From contig OX597819.1 of NCBI GenBank assembly GCA_951406725.2, positions 15,872,001-15,936,000 on the forward strand: DNA of 64,000 nucleotides, given 5' to 3'. The first letter of the stretch is position 1, and the number at the start of each line of letters is the position of its first letter. A program made the translations under genes and the position numbers. Below are positions 27,362 through 40,543 of this stretch, one piece after another. Source of the DNA: Octopus vulgaris. Lineage: Eukaryota. A model generated the notes under the pieces. The model was given only the letters and a program-made list of their open reading frames with translations, did no database searches and was not told where the DNA came from.

Positions 27362-27871
27362 CTTGTTTTATTGATATTCCTGAGCGCCATACTAATACAA
27401 TTGTTTGTTTGTACTCCACCTGCCTTCGTCTTTTGTTTATTTTCATAAAGCCTCCCGTTATATATATAGAAACTATACTTAGGATCAAGAAGTTACATGA
27501 ATGTTTATGTACGCATTTATGTATGTATGTATGTATGTATGTATGTATGTATGTATGTATGTATGTATGTATGTATGTATGTATGTATGTATGTATGTAT
27601 GTATGTATGCAAACAAATAAACAAACACACACACACACACATACGGAAATCTCTCGACCGTCGCGGGTGTTACGTTCTAAAACATTCTACAGAAATAATT
27701 AAAACCTAAAAAGATATAAATAGCTATCGGCCGCAGATACCTGCGATATAAATTTACATATATTAGCCAGAAAAATCCGTAGTGAGTGCGCGATAGATGA
27801 ACCACGATATGACGAGGTATCACTGTATATATAGATGGATAGACAGATAGATAGCACGCGCGGTCGAGAGA

Positions 27872-27932
<61 letters not shown>

Positions 27933-28432
27933 GCGCGCGTGTCTTTTTGCCACCCTGGGTAATATCAGAAAATATGACATACACAGCAATAATTATAATT
28001 CAACTTTTATCATATTTCTTGGTGTTTATAGAAAAAAGCGAAAAGAATTTTTATTTTCGAAAAAAAAATTATTTATTACCTTAAAATAAAATTAGATATA
28101 AAAGATATCTCATTCACACATTTGCAATAAATTTATTATAATATTGTTCTAAGTTTTATCAACATAATCACAATCTTCTCCATCGGAAAACTATCTCTGC
28201 AAAAATTTCATTAAAAATGTGTGTCTTTCAGAAAGTTATCATTTACGGTGCAGGCGTGGTTGTGTGATAAGACGATCGATTCCCAACCACATGGTTCCGG
28301 GTTCAGACCCCCTGCGTATCACTTTGGGCAAGTATCTTCTACTATGGCCTCGGGCTGATCAAAGCCTTGTGAGTGAATTTGGTAGACGGGAACTGAAATT
28401 ACGGCCACGTATATATATATATATATATATAT

Positions 28433-28559
<127 letters not shown>

Positions 28560-28772
28560 CATATATACATAAATATATATATACCCAAGAAAAAAGCAAC
28601 AAGAAGGGATTTTTGTACTAAGACTACTAATCCATTCTTGTTGCTTTTTTCTTGTTTATAATCACCCCACATTATTTTATGGTTAATACCATAAAGAATT
28701 CTGGTGCATCTAAGTTAAGTACCATATTCATTTGAATTCATTGGAATTCGCTTGAATCTGAATCATTTTTGC

Positions 28773-28834
<62 letters not shown>

Positions 28835-29751
28835 TATATTTATACATATATACATAAATATATACATATGTGTATATATATATAATATTATAGCTAAGGT
28901 CACTTAACCGCCAAGAACTTCTTTGCAAGCAACAGGGATTACAGAAATAATTCACACACATATGCGCGCGCACGCACACACAGACAGCGGAAAACGTGAA
29001 TGTTGGAAATGCCTCTGAGTATTACGGTTCTATGTTTTGGATAACTCACAGCAAGAACGAAATCTTCCTTAAACTCCACAACCAAAGGCCGTAAGATTTT
29101 GGCACTTAAAGAGCCCCATTTTTGCAATTGTCACTCACAAGGATTACAAAACACAACCAAAATTACTTTTTACCATATTAGCTATCTGAAAAAGACTACA
29201 ACCTAAGCAGGGCCCGTTCCACCAATTGCTCCTCCCCATCAATTAGACATGGCAAATATAGGGAAAAACTCAACATAAACATTGCCTCTCCCCTCCTGGA
29301 TATAAACAAAGATATCACAAAACACAGAATATTGACTGAGAAAAGCAAAGATCCATTATTATCTCGGACATCAACGCATGAAATTCAGACTAAAGAACTC
29401 TCGGCTTACTCATATGCACACATATTGATATCAGTTTGCATAAGGACTCAACCCTATGTATGTATAAATATATTTGTATACAGCAAATCAGATACAAAAC
29501 AAACAAACAAACAATAACAACAAAACTCCAAGGTGTTCACACTTAATATTATTAAATTGACGCTCAAAGAAGGAAAAAACAAAAAACAAAATTGCGGAGC
29601 AAAAGCAGAGTAAAAGTATAACGTTTCGGAGATAACCCTTTGTCGGCTATTAGAGGAAAGTTCAGAAAGAAACCAGGAAGAAAGCAATCGAGACAGCAAG
29701 AGAAAAAATGTATGCGGGTTAGGTTCACATTTTCCACCTTTGACTAACCGA

Positions 29752-30191
<440 letters not shown>

Positions 30192-31494
30192 AATATATAC
30201 CTGTTCTTTTCCGTCCGCAAAGATTACCTCCTCCCTCTTGACGATGCGTGTTCAGAAGCGATTAGCATATTCACATTCGAATCCGCCAGAACGTATTAAA
30301 ACTGAATGTGTACTCTATTGCTTGGATTCTTACTCTTCTGCATGCACTTAACGAATTTTATTAGTTTGGCAGATATCAGTAAATTGTTTGCGATTTCTAT
30401 AAGCAAGAATCAGTACTCTGATTGGTCCGAGGTTAGCCTTGACTGAAGAGACACACAATGAGGTCAAAACAGTGTAGTGTCTCTAAATGTGGATACCGTC
30501 CTCGATCAGGCATGCCGTTAAACAACAAACGAGACCTCTGCTACTACTATGCCGCCAAACTGCGAGGCTGACCGCTCTTCTAATACTTTACCATCACATG
30601 CTCAAATTGATTGTTAAAATTCTATCATATGGCAGAGTGAGGATTATAAACACTTCAAGTGTAATCATAAATGAATTCTTTCAAGAGAAGATTATATTAA
30701 TTTTAAAATTCTCCCCTCAGGTAATGCCTCATCCAACTAATGTAAAAACACGAAACAAAATTGACAAGGAACAAAAGTAAAAATCCCAAATGAACTGATT
30801 CTAACGGCGCTTAACAAACTAGAGAGAGAATATTTACAGCATTGTAAACAACCTTCATTTTAGCAAATTAACGCGTGTTTGAATTATCTCTCAACAATTG
30901 CAAAACAGTATCTTGGGTATAATGGAAACCTGAGGAAAGGCAAAACAATAAAAAGAAAATGTCTGCTTGGATTTGGAAAATGGAATAAAATGATCGTCGA
31001 TCTCCTGGGGATACAGACAAATAATTACACCTCCCATCAGCAAAGAGTGGAAAACAAACTATGGAGGTAGTTAAAAGAGAAAACTTACCTAGAGATTAAT
31101 TACTCTCTAATAAGAACTAAAAGCGGCCAATAAGATATTCCAGTATCTGAAGGGAATAGCTGAAAGAAAATTAATTAACAAGAAATATAATCGAAACCAA
31201 TCAGAAGTTTACAGAGATATGAGAGAATAATCAATAACTGTTACAGATGCTTCTTGTCTGGAGAAAACTTTGGAACGAGACAAAGGTGTTTTATCAGAAT
31301 ACAGGGTGGGTAGAATAAACATGTACCAAAAGATTGTCTCTCGAGTGAACCCAAAACGTATAGCATCAATGGTGAAACTCCTGAGACTGTGATTAGAACA
31401 GCTACGGCATAAGAAAAGCGCAAGGAACAGGTTTCATTGTTGGATAAATGGTAAGAAAATTGATCTTCTATGGGAGATATCTTATCGTCCTTTA

Positions 31495-31618
<124 letters not shown>

Positions 31619-31622
31619 TAAT

Positions 31623-32432
31623 AATATAGGGTGGCAAAAAAATAGAATACCAGCGGAGGGAAAAAATTAAAATAGTCAAAGACCATTTTTAAGTTCAACA
31701 TCAACAATAAAGGAACGGCCATAATAGGCCATTCACCCACTAGAAATAACAGCCAAAGCTTCAACCGCAAATAAAAGTTAATTCAGTAAACCAGGAGAAA
31801 ATTTAAAAAACATTTACCCTGTAATTTCTTATACGATATACCGTTTCATCTGCTGATTAATGTAAACTAACCTGATTAAATTAAATCAAGCCAATCTTCC
31901 ACAGGCCCTCAGATTCTTCAGTAAGAAATAGCCCAAGACGGAACAGATATTTTCACGAGGCATTTCCGACGTTGCCAAGTTAATATCTGACCTAAAATTT
32001 TCAAATCGTCGCACTCGCGCCAAATTTATCGGCAGCAAATAAATATAAGCCGTCGATTCCATTACGGAATTAACCAGAAAATTCATAATTAATCAATATA
32101 GGGTGGCAAAAAAATTTTGTAGAATTCTTTGCCACCAGCGGCCTAGTAGGAAAAAATTAAAATAGTCAAAGACCATTTTTAAGTTCAACATCAACAATAA
32201 AGGAACGGCCATAATAGGCCATTCACCCACTAGAAATAACAGCCAAAGCTTCAACCGCAAATAAAAGTTAATTCAGTAAACCAGGAGAAAATTTAAAAAA
32301 CATTTACCCTGTAATTTCTTATACGATATTTCTTTTTTTGCCACCCTATATTGATTAATTATGAATTTTCTGGTTAATTCCGTAATGGAATCGACGGCTT
32401 ATATTTATTTGCTGCCGATAAATTTGGCGCGA
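31623..32432 (-). mobile_element. HHR-bearing non-coding element: 490-bp period partial tandem plus 100-bp inverted copy (Penelope pLTR/retrozyme-like)
   Basis: 31659-31839 is repeated at 32149-32329. 32333-32432 is the reverse complement of 32015-32114. The element starts in a (TA)n tract and contains the HHR at 31824-31929. Confidence 0.85.
31824..31929 (-). ncRNA. Type I hammerhead ribozyme motif with extended stem II
   Basis: Minus strand: ATTTCTTA-CTGAAGA-ATCTG[~57 nt]CAGAT-GAAA-CGGTATATCG-TA-TAAGAAAT. It has an 8-bp stem I, a 5-bp stem II base, a near-palindromic stem III and a GUA triplet. Confidence 0.8.
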
Positions 32433-32446
32433 TGAAAGCAAACAAA

Positions 32447-32519
32447 GTTTGATTTAGCTTAATGGTAAATCACTTGACGCATAATCACAGGGATGTGAGT
32501 TCGAGTCTCATGGTTGGCC
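32447..32519 (+). pseudogene. tRNA-like sequence (CAT in anticodon position), degenerate
   Basis: A-box TAGCTTAATGG and T-arm GTGAG-TTCGAGT-CTCAT are present. Acceptor and anticodon stems pair poorly. Confidence 0.5.
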
Positions 32520-32609
32520 GGTAACGATTTTTCTGCAAGATATGGATAGTTTATCCTGTTCATGCTATTGTATTAGCATTATTATGCATTTGAGAATAAA
32601 TTATAACTG

Positions 32610-32696
<87 letters not shown>

Positions 32697-33668
32697 TTAT
32701 CTCCCTGTATATATGTATGTATATCTGTGTGTGTGTGTGTGCATGTATATATATGTATGTATATAGTTGTACGTATTTCTCTCTCTCTCTCACTCTCTCT
32801 CTATATATATGCATATAAGTGTTTATATGAATATATATTCACACGTATGCACGCACACTCATGCATGGTTATACCATTGTACATGTCTATGTGTACGCCT
32901 GTGTACATACGTAAGCATCTGCTTGTATGTGTCTGTGGCCATCGTTGTGTATTTTTTGTTGATTAATTTTCCTGTTCTACACAATTTACAGGAGTGTTCA
33001 AGAAATATATTGTAATATTTAGATCGTTAATTAACCAATTAATTAACCTAGTTTGCATATAATATATTTGACCTCTCACTCGAAGATCCGTATGACCTCT
33101 TTCCAGGAATTTTCCTCTGTTCTTTTACAGATTTTCTCAGAGTTTCTCGTTCAATGCCTATGAGATCTGTTATTTAAAAGTCAGCCATCATTTCCCTGTA
33201 GTTAAAACTACGAAACGAAGTTGTGTTTTAATGCTGTGATATAAAAATACAAAATTGCTCAATATAACTTCATGTTGGAAGTGTGTAGCGTCTAAAATAT
33301 GTTAATTTACGAGAGATAAACAGCGATTGTATATCAAAGATGCGGTTTCGTTTGGTTATCGACTGCAAATATCAGTTATTAATACTAGTTAATAACTGTG
33401 TAATTAAAAGTTATTAAATATTTAAAAAAGTTTCTTTTAACAGAATGTCGCTAGCCTTTGTGGAAGAAGTTTGCTTTATGTATGGTGTGTGTTTTGTGTG
33501 TAAGCATCTTCGTTTTTCAACTTTTCAAACACATGCGTTCCGGGCCAATGCATATAGTGAGGCTTTCTAAGAATGTTAACTATTTCTGGTTTAGTTTCGG
33601 ATTTAGAATTTTTATAATTCTTCCACAAATCTTCGTGACATTTTGTTAAATAAAATAAGTTTTTTAAA

Positions 33669-35352
33669 TACAGGAGTTTATTTGAAATGTTCAAAGGCTG
33701 ACCAAGAATGGAATGTGAGTAAATGAGGTCTATATTTCAAGAGAGTCCACTTTGTGGTCCATTTACTTCTTCCATCGGTGTTGCAGAGCTTAGATGCCAT
33801 TGGTTAAGAAACTTTCATCCTGTTTATCAAAAAAACCTCAGCAGCAGATATGACATCATCATCACCGCCATAGTGGTTCCCCGCCTAGTGGTTTCTCATA
33901 TTGGGGAACAGATGTCAGGTGGTGCCAAATCAGGAGAGCAGGGAAGGGGATCAATCCGTTCAAAGCCACAGTCACGCATAACTGCCATTGAAACCAAAGA
34001 CTTGTTTGCTGGAGCATCGTTCTGATGAAACGAAACCCCTTTTCGTCAGTTTTTCCTGGATGTTTCCTCTTGATAGCCTTTCGTAACTGCCTCAGCAAAT
34101 TGACATAGCACTCTCCATTGATGGAGTGGTCCTTTTGAAGACAGCCAATAAACACAGTGCCTTTTGCACCCCCGAAACTGAGGCCATCACGCTCCCAGCA
34201 GATGAAACGATCTTCATCCCCTTTGGAGTATGTGAAGAGGGGTGCATGGCTTGCATGGATTGTCTCTTAATCTCTGGCTCAAAGTGATGAAGCTAACACT
34301 CATTCTGGGTTAGGAAACGTTCAAGGGAACCGGCTGAAACTACCTGAATCAGTGTCAGATTTTTCCGTGGTGTGATCAGCCTGGTGCATTTTTGATCACG
34401 TATCAGACGTTACACCTACTGTGCAGTGATGTTCGTCATGCCAAGTTCATTGTGCTGAATATTTTCCATCTCTCACGGGAAATGCTAATAGCATTAGCTA
34501 TTTGATTTATAGGCACAGGAGTGGCTGTGTGGTAAGTAGCTTGCTTACCAACCACATGGTTCCAGGTTCAGTCCCACTGCGTGGCACCTTGGGCAAGTGT
34601 CTTCTACTATAGCCTCGGGCCGACCAAAGCCTTGTGAGTGGATTTGGTAGACGGAAACTGAAAGAAGCCCGTCGTATACATGTATATATATATATATGTG
34701 CGTGTGTGTTTGTGTGTCTGTGTTTGTCCCCCTAGTATTGCTTGACAACCGATGCTGGTGTGTTTATGTCCCCGTTACTTAGCGGTTCGGCAAAAGAGAC
34801 CGATAGAATAAGTACTGGGCTTACAAAGAATAAGTTCCGGGTCGAGTTGCTCGATTAAAGGTGGTGCTCCAGCATGGCCGCAGTCAAATGACTGAAACAA
34901 GTGAAAGAGTAAAGAGTAAAGAGTTAATCGCTTGTCATCCATCAACGTGTGGCGAACACGATCGATGTTCACGTCGGTGGTGGCAGTTGCAGGACGTGCA
35001 GACGTTGAGTCATTTTCAAGACTCTCCCCTCCTCTCCTAAATACAGCTGCCCACTTTTGCACTGTTGATAAAGCTGGAGTGTCAATCCCCTAAAGTAGCA
35101 ACCATGCAACATAAATGTTCTTGGGGGCTAAACACCTTTTCTGCAGGTACTTGATAACACCGCGATACCAAATTTTGTCGATATTCAAGAGGAAGCGCTA
35201 CCAGTTCATTTTGAACAGTCAGATGTCAGTTTACCTGGGAAGAAACAATGTAGTTATTAAAAAGAAAAGTTGAAATTAATGCATGCAAGACTTCCCAGCT
35301 CTAGCATCGCTCCCGCATAGTCAGCCTATGAACTTTTTAATCCACTGTTGTA
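33669..35352 (-). mobile_element. Full-length decayed mariner element with SINE insertion
   Basis: Imperfect TIRs (TACAGGAGTTTATTTGAAATGTTCAAAGGCTGAC and reverse complement TACAACAGTGGATTAAAAAGTTCATAGGCTGAC). ORF pieces KWAAVFRRGGESLEND..RPATATTDVNIDRV and CLQKDHSINGECYVNLLRQLRKAIK. Confidence 0.85.
34512..34922 (+). mobile_element. SINE family A, full length, nested in mariner
   Basis: Near-identical to 19114-19527. Confidence 0.9.
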
Positions 35353-35477
35353 GTTAATAACTTCAAAACATACACAAAAAAACGTTCCTAATTATTGTAA
35401 CTGTATCAAGTAATTTTTACAAAAGCTTTTAGATATATATTGGGGCGTACAAACACTCCGTCAGAAAAATAGGCATT

Positions 35478-35549
35478 AGTACACGTGGGAATCGAACTCA
35501 CCTCTTTTATCTTCACAGTGTGTGTGCTGACCGATTGCACCAACATACC
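35478..35549 (-). pseudogene. Degenerate tRNA-like sequence (duplicate at 36296-36365)
   Basis: Minus strand shows a D-arm GTGC/GCAC and T-loop GAGTTCGATTCC. The anticodon arm does not pair. Confidence 0.45.
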
Positions 35550-35627
35550 CATCATTTGTCCTCGTTAAATTTAGGAACTATGATTTCATAGCGGTAAGTA
35601 TGTGGGAATTTTGCGCAAGTTAAGAAA

Positions 35628-35684
35628 CGGTTAGGACTCCTGGCTTTCACACAGGCGGCCCGGGTTCGATTCCCGGCATGAGAA
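35628..35684 (+). pseudogene. 5'-truncated tRNA-Glu(TTC) pseudogene fused to a SINE-A-type tail
   Basis: CGGTTAGGACTCCTGGCTTTCACACAGGCGGCCCGGGTTCGATTCCCGGCATGAGAA closely resembles metazoan tRNA-Glu from about position 16. The first ~15 nt are absent and the anticodon stem has one mismatch. Confidence 0.75.
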
Positions 35685-36443
35685 TTTGTTTTATCCTAGC
35701 GGTGCTCCAGCATGACCACAGACGCATGGCTGAAACGAGTAAAAGAGTAAAAGTATGATTATAAGTTTTACAGTATATTGACTATAGAAAATAGTCTGGC
35801 GAAAACTTACACTCATATTTACATTTTTTCCGTTTCTTAACTTATGCAGAATACATACATACATACATGCATACATACATACATACATACATACATACAT
35901 ACATACATACATACATACATGCATACATACATACATACATGCATGCATGCATGCATGCATACATACATACATACATACATACATACATGCATGCATGCAT
36001 GCATGCATGCATACATACATACATTTGAACAGTCAGATGTCAGTTTACCTGGGAACATAAAAACAATGTAGTTATTAAAAAGAAAAGTTGAAATTAATGC
36101 ATGCAAGACTTCCCAGCTCAAGCATCGCTCCCGCATAGTCAGCCTATGAACTTTTTAATCCACTGTTGTAGTTAATAACTTAAAAAAATATACAAAAAAC
36201 GTTTCTAATTATTGTAACTGTATCAAGTAATTTTTTACAAAAGCTTTTAGATATATATTGGGGCGTACACACACTCCGTCAGAAAAATAGGCATTAATAC
36301 ACGTGGGAATCGAACTCACCCCTTTTACCTTCACAGTGTGTGCTGACCGATTGCACCAACATACCCATCCTTTTTCCGCGTTAAATTTAGGAACTATGAT
36401 TTCATAGCGGTAAGTATGTGGGAATTTTGCGCAAGTTAAGAAA

Positions 36444-36500
36444 CGGTTAGGACTCCTGGCTTTCACACAGGCGGCCCGGGTTCGATTCCCGGCATGAGAA
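36444..36500 (+). pseudogene. Second copy of the truncated tRNA-Glu(TTC)
   Basis: Identical to 35628-35684 within the tandem duplication. Confidence 0.75.
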
Positions 36501-36669
36501 CTTGTTTTATCCTGGCGGTGCTCCAGCATGACCACAGACGCATGGCTGAAACGAGTAAAAGAGTAAAAGTATGATTATAAGTTTTACAGCATACTGACTA
36601 TAGAAAATAGTCTGGCGAAAACTTACACTCATATTTACACCATTTTTCCGTTTCTTAACTTATGCAGAA

Positions 36670-36702
<33 letters not shown>

Positions 36703-36761
36703 GCATACATACATACATACATACATACATACATACATACATACATACATACATACATACA

Positions 36762-36794
<33 letters not shown>

Positions 36795-37097
36795 GCATAC
36801 ATACATACATACATACATATATACATACATACATACATACATATATACATCCATCCATACATACATACATACATACGTACATACATACATACATACGTAC
36901 ATACATACATACATACATACATACGTACATATATGCATACATAAATACATACATACATACATACATACATACATACGTACATACATACATACATACATAC
37001 ATATATACATCCATCCATCCATCCATACATACATACATACATACATACGTACATACGTACATACATACATACATGCATACATACATGCATACATACA

Positions 37098-37130
<33 letters not shown>

Positions 37131-37131
37131 G

Positions 37132-37163
<32 letters not shown>

Positions 37164-37237
37164 CATACATACATACATACATATATACATCCATCCATAC
37201 ATACATACATACATACGTACATACATACATACATACG

Positions 37238-37270
<33 letters not shown>

Positions 37271-37380
37271 GCATACATACATACATACATACATACGTAC
37301 ATACGTACATACATACATGCATACATACATACATACATACATACATACATACATACATACATACATACATTCATTCATGC
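36670..37380. repeat. (CATA)n microsatellite, about 700 bp, imperfect
   Basis: Seen directly. Confidence 0.95.
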
Positions 37381-37384
37381 ATAC

Positions 37385-37935
37385 AAAGCCGAAGGTCAGT
37401 GAAAAAGAGAACACCCAAGCTCAATTATTGAGAAATCTGCAGTTACTCTATCCACATTGCAAGTTTAGCTTTATAACTGTAATTATTGAGACACCGGGAT
37501 ATGTAACACACCGCCTGGATATCAATCTTGAGAAATTAGGCTTCTCAAATCTAGAAAGGAGAAAGCTGATTCGAAGACTACAGATCCAATCCATCCCTGG
37601 AACTGTAAAAATCTGTAAAACATTCCAGAATTTTATCATTAAAGTATATATGAGCATGTCTAGATGTGCAACTATATGCATGAGAATACATGCATAAAAC
37701 ATACAAATCTGCACATACATACATACATACATACATACATACATACATACATACATACATACATACATACATACATACATACATACATACATACATACAT
37801 GCATACATACATGCATGCATATATACAAAAATATCCTGTTGATGTAGAAATTCCAATGAAGGAGCCTTGGATCTAGGTTAGAAACCGGCTCTTACTCTAT
37901 CGGCAAGAAATCTTGAAATAAAACTGAATAATGAC
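37385..37935 (+). mobile_element. RLE-type (R4/Dong-like) non-LTR retrotransposon 3' end
   Basis: KVSEKENTQAQLLRNLQLLYPHCKFSFITVIIETPGYV...LEKLGFS...LQIQSIPGTVKICKTF resembles the RLE C-terminus (EKxxKY..IPVIIGALG..LGTxxI). A putative 3'UTR follows. Confidence 0.65.
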
Positions 37936-38594
37936 ACACACACACCACTACCACCACCACCACCGCCACCACCACCACCACCACCACCACACACTCACGC
38001 CACGCACACATAGACACACATGTATTATATGTATGAGAAATTTACTTTGCAGTCACATGGTTTAGGGTTCAGTCCCACCGCGTGGAACCTTGAGAAGGTG
38101 TCTTCTACTATAGCCCCGGGTCGACCAATGCCTTATCAAAGTGGTAAAGGCACAAACGAGCGTGCAGGAAAATCGACAACAAAACATATAAAAATACCAA
38201 GAAAAAAAAAAACGAAATGAAAAGCCAGCACTTTTAATAGGAAGGGGATATCGATTACATAAACTCCATTGATCAAGTGGTTCTTATTTTATCGATCTCT
38301 AAAAGATGAAAACCAAAGTCAAAGAGTCATTTGAACTGAAAACGTAAAGAGCCGGAAAAAGTGCTGATAAGCATTTTGTTCGTTTTCGTAATGATTCTGC
38401 CAGCTCAGGGCCTTTATCGATTAGATCGATATACAGAAGGCCTGACCGGCAAAAGCGATAATGGTCAGACAATGTGAGAAAGAAAAGAAACGTAAATGTA
38501 ACGTCGGTGTGACTTGAACTCCGACTGCTGTGTGTCCGGATGAATACTTGCAACGTATTCTCTCTGACATTCAAACCATTCTGCCAAACGACTG

Positions 38595-38665
<71 letters not shown>

Positions 38666-38854
38666 TGCATATATGTGTGTGTGTATATAGAAACGCGCGC
38701 GCACACACACACTTACAATGGAGGTGAATAACAGGTTAGTTATTTCTAAATTATTATCTTTAAATAGTGTGATGGATGTATTTATAATTGAAGAACACTC
38801 AGGAAGGACCTAGTGAGAAGCAGAGAGTGAGAGAGATGTATGTGTGTATGTGTG

Positions 38855-38926
<72 letters not shown>

Positions 38927-39416
38927 ACATAGAGAGGTGTTGGAGATAAGTTTGTAATCAGACTGAAACTAAATCGAAGGTTTCGAAGTATAGCAAGTAT
39001 GCAGAAAACACGTGGCCTTCTTTTAAAGCTATATAATTACACATATATATCTATTATCCCTCCTGCAAATCAGTTTAAACTGGAGAAGAGCTAATGACGT
39101 CACTGCCTGTGATCACGTGCGCCTCAATACCGTTGGCTCCTGCTCATTCTGCTAATAAACTCCGAAGGAACTACTAGCAAGAATATCTTTTCGATTCTTT
39201 AGAAACGAAAGCTATAAATATATTTTATATTCGCGTCTTATCTATTGCTGTTAATTTTTGTTTTTATCTTGGCTTAATTTTATTGCTTACATCTCTGTGG
39301 ATCTTGGTTATGGGTAGAACTTGGTTTCGGTTTTCTATCTTCTAGTGCCCTGACACTAATTCATGAGCAGTACTGCACGCATACGTACATTATCTGTCTG
39401 CCTGTCCCTCTATCTA

Positions 39417-39447
<31 letters not shown>

Positions 39448-39698
39448 GTCCCTCTATCTGTCTGTCTGTCTATCTGTCTGTCTGTCTGTCCGTCTGTGAA
39501 AGTGCAGGTATTTATATATATATATATATCGTTTTTGTATTTGGTTAGCAAGATTCTTTATGTGAATTCGTGTGTTGAAGCATATTTTATTGTGCATGAG
39601 GAGATTCATTCTCTTTCAGTGCCTTATTATTTAACACACTCACCGGTTCGATTTCCACTAATTTAAGGCATTAAAAGAGAATGTCTCTCCCCAGACAA

Positions 39699-39779
<81 letters not shown>

Positions 39780-39782
<3 letters not shown>

Positions 39783-40075
39783 CGGACTCTCCCGTCGTCA
39801 GACGATGTATGAGGGTTCGATAATTTCTTACCAAACAACCACACAGATGATTTGTTTATGAAATGTTTGTGCAGACATAAGCTCACTCCCTCCATCAGAT
39901 CGACAGTACCTGTACAGGCGCAACGTGTCACCTGTACAGGTGCCACGTGTCAGATGTCGAAATGATCGTAGAGCAACGTGAAAAGGAAGTGCTTTGCTGA
40001 AGAACACAACGCAACGCCTGGTCTGGGAATCGAACCCACGATCTCGCAATCGTGAGTGCAACACCCTAACCACTA
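39780..40075 (-). mobile_element. SINE related to family C/D heads
   Basis: Minus-strand head tagtggttagggtgttgcactc..ggttcgattccc. Confidence 0.7.
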
Positions 40076-40283
40076 AGATCCAGGAATCGAGGTGTAGGAA
40101 GAAAGTTAGCTTCAAGCAATCCGTAGTAAATATTAAAAAAAGCAACTTTCAGGCACAATAAGTGGTTTATTAAGACGGAAGGTTGTGGATTGTTTCGTAT
40201 CGAAGTACGATAAGCTGAAGACATTTGTTTTATATATCATGGTAGGTGACCAGGGTTTCCGGATGTGCCAATAAGAAAACAAG

Positions 40284-40475
40284 AGTTACGGAATGGAGTA
40301 GCTAAGATCCGGGCTAGATATGTTTCATAGCGAGCGGAACCTCAGAAGTGGCAAAAATCTAAGCGAGGTGTGTTTACCACAGGTTACTCGTCATGCCAAG
40401 GATATCTTGATTAAATTAAAGGTCACATTGTCGCAAGGAGGTACATATTGACGAATGGAAGATTGATAGATAGAA

Positions 40476-40543
<68 letters not shown>

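Larger units (their letters stand above)
35210..36720. repeat. Tandem duplication, period about 815 bp (35210-36023 and 36024 onward)
   Basis: Both copies start tttgaacagtcagatgtcagtttacctggg, contain the mariner end and two tRNA-like pieces, and end in (CATA)n. They differ at scattered substitutions. Confidence 0.9.

Noticed and set aside
28585-28654. Short hairpin caagaaaaaagcaacaagaa / ttcttgttgcttttttcttg between TA tracts
   Set aside because: A real inverted repeat, but short and low-complexity, with no ribozyme or TIR/TSD evidence.
29616-29651. Minus-strand HHR-like CCGACAA-AGGGTTATCTCC-GAAACGTT next to (TA)n
   Set aside because: The core has two mismatches and stem I pairs poorly. 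Possibly a decayed member of the HHR guild, but not supportable alone.
30700-31480. Possible decayed R4/Dong-like ORF (NRNQSEVYRDM, FWRKLWN-like words)
   Set aside because: Too degenerate to assign without an alignment.
35628-35684. Functional tRNA-Glu gene
   Set aside because: The 5' acceptor strand and A box are missing, and the anticodon stem has a mismatch.
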